From: Cytophagaceae bacterium
GTDB lineage: Bacteria; Bacteroidota; Bacteroidia; Cytophagales; Cytophagaceae
Direction of reading: 5' to 3'
Length of the DNA: 41,469 bases
Assembly (NCBI GenBank): GCA_036386935.1
Contig: DASVUU010000011.1
Coordinates: forward strand, 1-41,469
Part shown: positions 17,861 through 25,032 of the stretch, in pieces
Numbering within the stretch: position 1 is the first letter of the stretch
Layout of the letters: the number at the start of each line of letters is the position of its first letter
Position numbers and translations under genes: made by a program
The notes under the pieces: model-generated
Told to the model about the DNA's origin: nothing
What the model saw: only the letters and a program-made list of their open reading frames with translations
Database searches by the model: none

Positions 17861-18430
17861 TTAAAATAATTGTAGAAACATAAAAATCAATACCTTAATA
17901 TAGCTTCCAAGCGCCTGTCTTAGCACGCGAAGTGCCTTTGCTATTTGGTTTTCCACTGTCTTTACAGAAGTCTGTGTCGCTTCGGCGATTTCTCGATAGC
18001 TCATCTCATCGTAGCGATTCATGACAAACATTGTCCTGCAGCCTGTCGGTAATTGGGCAATTGTTCGCTCGATGACAAACTCTAATTCTTTCCCCTCGAT
18101 ATCTTCCAGTACATTCTCCGTGACAATTGCCTTGGAAGACTCATCTTCGCTTTCCATCGACGCCCACCTTTTTTGCTTTTTGAGGTGGTTGAGGGCCGCA
18201 TTCATAGATGCACGAAAAAGATACGACTTGATGGATGATTGCACGTCAATCGTATTCCGTTTACCCCAAAGCGAAGCAAAGACCTCTTGTACGATGTCTT
18301 CTGAGCCGTTTTTATCCTGAATTATTCTATGAACAGACCTGCAAAGAGGGGCATAGTACTTTCTGAACAAAGCTTCAAAAGTATCCTTAGTAGGATTTAA
18401 AAATAGATCGTCTATCGGTTCGCTATGCAT
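17861..18430 (-). CDS. ECF-type RNA polymerase sigma-70 factor
   Basis: Region 2 (FEALFRKYYAPLCRSVHRIIQDKNGSEDIVQEVF) and region 4 HTH (MSYREIAEATQTSVKTVENQIAKALRVLR). Size is 189 aa. Confidence 0.9.
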   Translation of the reverse strand: MHSEPIDDLFLNPTKDTFEALFRKYYAPLCRSVHRIIQDKNGSEDIVQEVFASLWGKRNTIDVQSSIKSYLFRASMNAALNHLKKQKRWASMESEDESSKAIVTENVLEDIEGKELEFVIERTIAQLPTGCRTMFVMNRYDEMSYREIAEATQTSVKTVENQIAKALRVLRQALGSYIKVLIFMFLQLF

Positions 18431-18451
18431 TTAAAAAGTGCCATCTCCTTC

Positions 18452-18459
18452 CAAAGATA
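18452..18459 (-). promoter_or_regulatory. Candidate Bacteroidota -7 promoter box (TATCTTTG) upstream of the ECF sigma gene
   Basis: Exact match to TAnnTTTG on the minus strand, 21 nt upstream of the ATG at 18430. Motif match only. Confidence 0.3.
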
Positions 18460-18764
18460 AGGAGTTTCTGTAAACCAACATATCATTCAAAATTTAGAAA
18501 GTAGTAGGACGCCTTTATGGGGCTGTTCATTGCAAGTCCGGCCTGAAACACTGTCCTGCCCGCCGCGGGCTTTCCATTGCCATCCCGGGCGCAAATTTCT
18601 ACCCCTAGAAGTCAATCTAGCGAAAGAAATTATAGCTAATCAACTTTTTTGCAGCATGGGAAAAAGATTGCCTTGGGAGCTTTTCGAAATAAAAGTTCAT
18701 TTCAAAGGAAACCTTTTGCATTTCCTGAGTCTATATAAAACAAATTACTCTAAACTAATAAAAT

Positions 18765-19751
18765 ATGAAAAAACTGTTAACCTTTATTTTCGCGGCGAGC
18801 CTTTGCACGAACGTATTTAGTCAGAAATCTATCACTGTTGCAAAACCGATCACACCGATTACAGTCGATGGGTACTTTGATGAGTATTCTTGGAATGTCA
18901 ATAAGAATATCAAAAACCAAATCAATGTTGAGACTACTGAGTGCGGCAATGTCTTGCCTGGTGTTAAAGGAAACAATAGGGCAAAGTTTGGCCTGTTGTG
19001 GGATATTACCCATTTATATGTGGGAGCAAGGGTTTATGATTCACAGCTTGCCGCAGAGGACAAGGTAAATATATTTCTATCTATGGACAACGACCGGACT
19101 TCTAATTGCCCAGGCAATTGGCCAAAGGCCTACGATATGAATACCTACCAATTTATGTTTGATCCAACTACCAATACTGTAATGAGTCCACAGGGGGCAG
19201 AGATTGCCGTAGCAAAATTTGCGACGAGAAAAGTGAATGGCGGATATCTACTTGAAGCAGCTCTTTTATGGGAAGAGTTAGACTTTTTTCTAGGTAGCTC
19301 GCAAACGTTACCTGGTAGAAAGATTGGTTTTGACATTGGTGTTTGGGATGCAGACGCAGAAGGTATCAGAACATCCGAACTTATGTGGAATCAGTGTTGC
19401 GCAAATAGAAATTGGACGGAAGCAACGAACTTTGGAACCATCAAATTATCTTCAAAATTAGCTGTTAGAGAAGCAGACGAGGAAGAGGCTGTTACAAATA
19501 TGACGGATGCCACTGAAAATGAAATGTCAATGACTGTTTATCCAAATCCTAACAAAGGCAATTTTACCGTCAACGTAGCAAATGGCCAAGGTGAATTAAA
19601 GATTTCAAATCTCCTTGGAGAAGTTGTACAAAAACAAACTTTAGACCAAGTCAACTCTTCAGTGAAGGTTGCAGGTCTTACTTCTGGAATTTACATTTTA
19701 GAAGTAAATAACGGAGCCAAGGTGTCCACGCAAAAGATAGTAGTAGAGTAA
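18765..19751 (+). CDS. T9SS-secreted protein with a CBM9-like/sugar-binding domain and a Por-secretion-tail CTD
   Basis: Signal peptide; ITVDGYFDEYSW...LWDITHLYVGARVYD pattern resembling the CBM9-like fold; C-terminal MTVYPNPNKGNFTVNV...SGIYILEVNNGAKVSTQKIVVE. Confidence 0.75.
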   Translation: MKKLLTFIFAASLCTNVFSQKSITVAKPITPITVDGYFDEYSWNVNKNIKNQINVETTECGNVLPGVKGNNRAKFGLLWDITHLYVGARVYDSQLAAEDKVNIFLSMDNDRTSNCPGNWPKAYDMNTYQFMFDPTTNTVMSPQGAEIAVAKFATRKVNGGYLLEAALLWEELDFFLGSSQTLPGRKIGFDIGVWDADAEGIRTSELMWNQCCANRNWTEATNFGTIKLSSKLAVREADEEEAVTNMTDATENEMSMTVYPNPNKGNFTVNVANGQGELKISNLLGEVVQKQTLDQVNSSVKVAGLTSGIYILEVNNGAKVSTQKIVVE

Positions 19752-19760
19752 TTTTTTTTC

Positions 19761-19797
19761 AGGCAGCTCGATTGAGCTGCCTTTTATATTTTTTCTT
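19761..19797 (+). terminator. Rho-independent terminator
   Basis: aggcagctc-gatt-gagctgcct followed by a T-rich tract (tttatatttttt), 10 nt after the stop codon. Confidence 0.7.
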
Positions 19798-19853
19798 CCA
19801 ACATTGATGGTTGTATTAAGATCTAGGACATTCCACAGCTCTCCCTTAAAAAT

Positions 19854-22178
19854 TCAGTTACACGCATCGCAATACCTATCTTTCAGCATCGGAAATCTCA
19901 GCAATTGAAAGCTTATCCCTTTGGACGAAAAGATTTCGCAAAACCTTTCCCTGTTTAGCGCAAACGCCCGCTTTAAAAGGGGTAAATAATAAGATTTGCC
20001 ATGTTCATCTTCGTCATTCAAAGTTAGATTGAGATAATAGAAAATCAAATTCTCTCCAGCCTCCTCTTTTAAAACATAACTGTACAATAGCTTTTCAGCG
20101 TAATCATATCGACGATACCAGGAGAAAAAATGGGCCAATTTAAGCAAGTCCGTTTCGCTATGACGAAGGTACTTGTATTGATCCCATATAAATTGTACCG
20201 ATTGTTTTACTTTCCGATAGTCGTTGACATTCAAAAAATAATGCGCGGCAAGCAAATGATAATTTATAAGCATTCTTCTTATCAACTTTTTTTCTAAAGG
20301 CGAACTCTGTAACCTATTGATATCTCTTGACATCTGCTCGATATCAATCAAATGATCCCTTGCTAACGCCCAACGCTGGATTTTTAAGGCCAACAAATTG
20401 TAGTTGATATACGGATTGCCCGGAATCATTATAGCGAGCTTACTAAAGCTTTGAAAAGCTTTTTCAAGGTCAAAGTCTTTGACTTCGTTATGATATCTAA
20501 AGACTCCTTCATTGCTTAATAGTCGAGCATAGATATTTACCTCAGGTACCTCTAGTGAATCTAAATAATCATCAGGCAAGCTTTTGTTTTCAATAGCTTG
20601 TAAGAAAAGCTGCTGTACCTCTAATGCTTCTTGCAGATTTTTCTGATTAATTGATTGCTTAAATATTTTTAACATTCCCGTCGTATCATATCGCGACACT
20701 TCCTGCGTCCTATCAATTTTGATGAAAAAATCAGATCTCCTATGCTTTGCTAAAATTGGTTCTAGAGCGTCCAAGACATCTTGTTTGCGGAGTTCTCTTT
20801 TCATCTCCACTTTGCTCATAGATTTATACTTCGCAAAAGGCGTTCCCTTTATATCTGCATAGAATTGTTCCCAATTCTCAAAAGTTTTAATGTTAGTTCT
20901 TATAGAATCTTTCTGTAGCTTTTGAAATCTTTCCACTACGCCTAACGCCCTCTTTTCTTGGAGTTGTTTATTCATCACCGAATCTCCTTCAATAGAAGAG
21001 TATGCCTTTACATTTAGATAAGATATCGTAAACCTGTCCTTACGCAGAGAGTCCTCCAAGTCGTTGATAAAACCGTATTTTGCAAGGAATCCAGACTTGG
21101 GGTAGATGATAGAGTATTTTTTGATCTCGGAGGAATTCAGAGTATAGGTATTCTTAATCCGTACATTCTTCAGCGAATCTCTATACAGCCCCATCTCTAG
21201 TAAATCCAACCTAGCAACTGCAATTGGATAAGGAATTACATACTTGCATACACGCCTATTCTTAACAAAGGAAATATTGAACTCTACATCTTTTCCATTT
21301 GCAGAATAGGAGCCAAAGTCAACAAACAGATTATTCTTCTCGCCGGAGAGATTTTTAGCATACAGCAAATCTTTTGTCATCGGGCTTAGAGGTTCACCAA
21401 TAAAGAGAGAAGCTTTATCTATAAAGTTTTCGTTTTCGCATGGAAATATTTCTTTCTCTACCACGTCTATAATTATCGCATCATTTGGTTTGTTTATAAG
21501 CTTTTTAACCTGTTTCAAGTCATTGTGGTAAAGCATCACCTTTTCATCCTGGAGGAATACATTAAATTGAGCTTCCCCGGGCAAGGTTCTATACTTTTCT
21601 TCGAAATCTTTGCAGGCAGATGGAGAGTACGGCTTTATGGATGCCAAACTAATATTGGAAGGCGTTTTCGTTTTTAAACCGAATACTTGAACCGCATAAA
21701 CTCTATTCGCTTTCTTATCATAAGAAATACCAATGCCACTAGATCGCATGTCATCAGCAATAATATTTTTATAATGACCTGGTGAATTTATCCACCCATC
21801 GACAAGTTCGCCCGCCAGCTGCTCAACAGTTAGTGAAGCCGTATCTATTTTTAAGGGTACAAACGCACAGTTTTCTGCGACAGCTCTAAACTCACCTCTA
21901 AAGTACTTTACCCGCCGAGGTGGAGTGGCGAATTTGTTCTTATTTTGGGTATGAGAAAGCTCCCCCTTTTTTCTTTGGTAATCGGCTTGGCATTGAGCGG
22001 CGAGATGGAGAGTAGAGTCCTGTTGCAGTTCGGAAAGTTTGAGGTCGTAACGTACTTTATTTACCCTTTGTAGAATGAGGGTTTTAAGGATCTCTTTGTC
22101 AATAGCGATTTCTTGTCCAAAGGAGTTTTGCCAGGAACAAATGGCAAAAAGAAAGAATAAAAAATAGGTTGGTTTCAT
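19854..22178 (-). CDS. Secreted multidomain protein: N-terminal CAP (YkwD/SCP-like) domain plus a long uncharacterised region and an alpha-helical C-terminal third
   Basis: Signal peptide; CAP block (LHLAAQCQADY...AENCAF...GWINSPGHYKNIIADDMRSSGIGISYD...VYAVQVF); an OmpA_C-like motif fragment (KAYSSIEGDSVMNKQLQEKRALGVVERF); a TPR-like helical C-terminus ending in RYCDACN. Confidence 0.75.
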   Translation of the reverse strand: MKPTYFLFFLFAICSWQNSFGQEIAIDKEILKTLILQRVNKVRYDLKLSELQQDSTLHLAAQCQADYQRKKGELSHTQNKNKFATPPRRVKYFRGEFRAVAENCAFVPLKIDTASLTVEQLAGELVDGWINSPGHYKNIIADDMRSSGIGISYDKKANRVYAVQVFGLKTKTPSNISLASIKPYSPSACKDFEEKYRTLPGEAQFNVFLQDEKVMLYHNDLKQVKKLINKPNDAIIIDVVEKEIFPCENENFIDKASLFIGEPLSPMTKDLLYAKNLSGEKNNLFVDFGSYSANGKDVEFNISFVKNRRVCKYVIPYPIAVARLDLLEMGLYRDSLKNVRIKNTYTLNSSEIKKYSIIYPKSGFLAKYGFINDLEDSLRKDRFTISYLNVKAYSSIEGDSVMNKQLQEKRALGVVERFQKLQKDSIRTNIKTFENWEQFYADIKGTPFAKYKSMSKVEMKRELRKQDVLDALEPILAKHRRSDFFIKIDRTQEVSRYDTTGMLKIFKQSINQKNLQEALEVQQLFLQAIENKSLPDDYLDSLEVPEVNIYARLLSNEGVFRYHNEVKDFDLEKAFQSFSKLAIMIPGNPYINYNLLALKIQRWALARDHLIDIEQMSRDINRLQSSPLEKKLIRRMLINYHLLAAHYFLNVNDYRKVKQSVQFIWDQYKYLRHSETDLLKLAHFFSWYRRYDYAEKLLYSYVLKEEAGENLIFYYLNLTLNDEDEHGKSYYLPLLKRAFALNRERFCEIFSSKGISFQLLRFPMLKDRYCDACN

Positions 22179-22297
22179 TTAGCTATTGTTGTTACTGGGA
22201 GAGCGTCTAGCTTATCCAAATTAAGGAAAAAATTACCCGCCTAATAGAACTGGATCGACAGCCCTTGATCGGCTTCCTAAAATATTATATCATAGAA

Positions 22298-22504
22298 CTA
22301 GAAATTCCTTGCGGTTATATGCGTCCATTTTAGACTTTTCTCAATAGAATCCTGCATGGGGTGATAAATTTCTATAAATCCATACTTGGTAAGGGAAGAC
22401 TTTATATTGGGGAAGTAAGGTTTGAGTTGCTCAACAAGCACAGACTCTTTGACCGCATCAAAATAATATTCAACCTCAAAGGTATAGTTGTTTTCACCCC
22501 AGTC
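22298..22504 (-). other. Stop-free 69-codon reading frame without a start codon, continuing the upstream ORF in the -1 frame
   Basis: It translates as DWGENNYTFEVEYYFDAVKESVLVEQLKPYFPNIKSSLTKYGFIEIYHPMQDSIEKSLKWTHITARNF*. It is reached from ORF 22504-23058 by a -1 shift in the T5 run (minus strand; plus-strand 22506-22510). The only ATG is at codon 50. Confidence 0.4.
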
Positions 22505-23058
22505 TAAAAACGTGCTTCAGTAGATTTATATCTATCAGTATTGACCAGTTTAGAAATAGAACTACAAATATCATTTTTTAAAAGATTGGCATCTCCCATT
22601 GCTTCAATATTAATCGAGAGCTGAAGTTTCCTTATTGAATATGGATCAATGGACTTATCTAGCTTATTAAATTCAGAATTAGCCTTTGAAATGAAGTTTT
22701 CAATCCTCGGAAAGTCATGATGAAACTTATCGATACCAGGAAACTCATCCATAAAAAAAACAACTAAGAAGTATATATCTTCACAATGAACCGTTTTTTC
22801 ATTTTCAAACAGATCAACTTCCTGCTCATCTTTTGCATTAAAGCTGCTAATTTCAAGTTGAGCTCCATTTTCAAAAGTAAGCAGAATTCCATTTACAGCC
22901 TTCCCCATACGCCACTTTACATATGTTTCATGTTTGGCCTTGTAGTGCTCTGCTATCCTACTAAAGATATAGTTGCTTCTTAGGGTTTTTAAGTCGGCTG
23001 GTTTATCTATTAAATTGAATCTCTTAAAATGACTTTTGAGTGATTGTAATAAGTTCAT
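22504..23058 (-). CDS. Hypothetical cytoplasmic protein (184 aa as drawn), possibly the 5' part of a frameshifted ~250-aa gene
   Basis: Long ORF with ordinary composition. No signal peptide and no motif that I can assign. Confidence 0.6.
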   Translation of the reverse strand: MNLLQSLKSHFKRFNLIDKPADLKTLRSNYIFSRIAEHYKAKHETYVKWRMGKAVNGILLTFENGAQLEISSFNAKDEQEVDLFENEKTVHCEDIYFLVVFFMDEFPGIDKFHHDFPRIENFISKANSEFNKLDKSIDPYSIRKLQLSINIEAMGDANLLKNDICSSISKLVNTDRYKSTEARF

Positions 23059-23118
23059 AATAGTTGTCTAGGGTCTGTAAAATTAAAGGCAAAACTATAT
23101 CGTCCTACCCGTGCAATA

Positions 23119-23577
23119 TTAAATCCTAGTCTTGCATTCCTCGATGCTTTGCCTAAGGTCTATAAGTCTCTGCCTTACATTGTTTTGCAAATTGCTTTTA
23201 ATCATTGTTGATAACAAACCAAAAGGAAACCTCAACGAGTAAGAGTATAGAAAAGTCACTTCCGTTTTATTATCTGCGATCCTATCGAACGTCCATGAGC
23301 CTAAGAATGATTTGAACAAAAAAGGACCACTTGTCATTTTAATTGCCGTTACTTTAGGGCGATTGTATGTCACATATTCTGTCACCATGCCAAGGCCATT
23401 TTTAGCAACACAATAGGCTTTGACGCCTTTGTTGGCAGCTGTCGCACCTTCTATCAGTTTTGCTTTCTTCAAGAACGTGTCCCAAACCAACCTTTTTTGA
23501 TAGTCTTGAGTATAGTCGAATACATTCTCAGGACTTTCACCAATGACAATCTTCTCCCTAAATTTTATTGCGCTCAT
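23119..23577 (-). CDS. SRPBCC-superfamily protein (polyketide cyclase/START-like fold)
   Basis: 152 aa. The N-terminus I.IGESPENVFDYTQDY....WDTF and the later WTFDRIADNKTEVTFLYSY pattern are typical of SRPBCC/Bet v1-like proteins. Confidence 0.7.
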   Translation of the reverse strand: MSAIKFREKIVIGESPENVFDYTQDYQKRLVWDTFLKKAKLIEGATAANKGVKAYCVAKNGLGMVTEYVTYNRPKVTAIKMTSGPFLFKSFLGSWTFDRIADNKTEVTFLYSYSLRFPFGLLSTMIKSNLQNNVRQRLIDLRQSIEECKTRI

Positions 23578-24084
23578 TATTCAGAGTTCTTTTTAATGGA
23601 AGTGAGCAGATAACGTTGAAACACTTTTAAGATAAGCCTAGCGGGGACATTAAACAAATAATAAAGTCTACTATCAATGCTGTAAGTCGTCGTTAACTTC
23701 AAAGTAGTAGTTTGTCCCTTCGTTAATAGGTGATATGTGCCAGATGGTATCCGCAAAACTCCCTCGCAGAGGTCAAATATATAACATACTCTGAAGCCTG
23801 CCTCAGGATTGAAGGAAAACTAATACTCTGCATAGGGGTTCCATTCTAAAATCTCTTGAATAAACCTTTTTCCATTATCGAAATAGGCAATTCGTTGTCC
23901 CCCTTTTCCTTCCGAAATTAACTCTGCCCTCATTGGCTTAGGGATGCTAAGAACCTTAAAAATTATGGGATCGGAACTGTTCGATCTTAACATTCGTGAT
24001 ATTGTCCCAAATCGTTTCTGGTAGAGCGGATATGTCTATCTGCGAGGAAATGGATTTGGTTATATGGTTGTTGTACCTACCCAA
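23577..24084 (-). pseudogene. Second, different SRPBCC-like gene, decayed by one frameshift, one in-frame TAG and no ATG start
   Basis: The minus strand reads ...ISSQIDISALPETIWDNITNVKIEQF, then a frameshift near the A/T run at ~23958-23964, then PIIFKVLSIPKPMRAELISEGKGGQRIAYFDNGKRFIQEILEWNPYAEY. An in-frame TAG follows (23820-23822), then FSFNPEAGFRVCYIFDL...KKNSE. Its TAA overlaps the ATG of 23119-23577 as TAATG. Confidence 0.6.
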
Positions 24085-24300
24085 TATGTCAATATGTGTA
24101 ATTAAGCATGTTGCAAGGCTTTATCCTTAGTATTGATGCCTGACAGATACTCTACAATTTAATAAAATTTTTTTATCAAGTCATCTTAAGAAAGTCTTAA
24201 TCATAAAGGATCCCCCAGTCTCCCATCTGTCATTAAAATTTAATCGAAAGATTCGAATTCTATTATAATCCGGCTTTGTAAGCAATGGGAATGGTACTTT

Positions 24301-24327
24301 AAAAAAAAAGCTACCCTTCTGGGCAGC
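24301..24327 (-). terminator. Rho-independent terminator after lspA
   Basis: The minus strand reads GCUGCCC-agaa-GGGUAGC (7 bp including one G-U pair) followed by a U9 run, 30 nt after the lspA stop. Confidence 0.6.
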
Positions 24328-24356
24328 CGTTAAATTTAACATAAGATCTTTTGGAA

Positions 24357-24974
24357 TTAAGAACTCCTCACTACCTCACTCCTACTCTCTTCCAACTTGT
24401 CCTCCTTAAAAAATGTCTTTTGCATGATCAAGATGATTGACACGCCTAAGAAGATAGAAGCATCAGCGATATTAAATATTGGCCAAAGGGAATAATACTC
24501 ACCACCCAATATTGGCACCCACTCAGGAACAATTCCTTCCCATATATCTATATAAAACATGTCTATCACCTGGCCATGAAACCAAGGTGTGGGCGAACCG
24601 TAAGGTGCATTATTTAAAAATACTCCATAGAAAGTGCTATCTACAACGTTACCAATGGCCCCTCCAAGTATGAGTGCGATGCACCACAACAGACCTTGCG
24701 GAGCCCCTTTTTTTGCTAAGTTGTATAGGTAAACCGCTATCCCTACCATGGCTACCATACGAAAACCAGACAGCAGCATTTTACCATAACTAGATCCTAA
24801 CGTTATACCAAAAGCCATCCCAGGGTTTAGTGTATAATGCAGTTTAAACCAATCGCCAAAAACCTTTATTTGTCCTGGCATTCCATAGGCCATATTGAAA
24901 TGCACAAGCAGTTTTACCACTTGATCTAGAATGATAATCCCAATGCTAAGGAGGTAATATTTAAAATATTTCAT
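24357..24974 (-). CDS. lspA: Lipoprotein signal peptidase II
   Basis: Conserved LNPGMAFG and IFNIADASIFLGV blocks, four TM segments, and the conserved position immediately downstream of ileS. Confidence 0.92.
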   Translation of the reverse strand: MKYFKYYLLSIGIIILDQVVKLLVHFNMAYGMPGQIKVFGDWFKLHYTLNPGMAFGITLGSSYGKMLLSGFRMVAMVGIAVYLYNLAKKGAPQGLLWCIALILGGAIGNVVDSTFYGVFLNNAPYGSPTPWFHGQVIDMFYIDIWEGIVPEWVPILGGEYYSLWPIFNIADASIFLGVSIILIMQKTFFKEDKLEESRSEVVRSS

Positions 24975-25032
24975 CTTTTATTTATAATGTTTAAACGACC
25001 GTTACTTTGATCTGCCAAGCCCGACGCTTTTG

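Noticed and set aside
18508-18528. ECF-type promoter-like pair on the minus strand (GAAC ... CGTC) upstream of the sigma gene, suggesting autoregulation
   Set aside because: The spacer between the two elements is 13 nt by my count, shorter than the ~16-17 nt usual for ECF promoters. Four-letter words occur by chance.
18530-18820. 96-aa plus-strand ORF upstream of, and overlapping, the CBM9-like T9SS gene
   Set aside because: It overlaps the well-supported start at 18765 out of frame. Its N-terminal Pro/Cys/His/Arg-rich stretch is simply the GC-rich palindromic patch translated.
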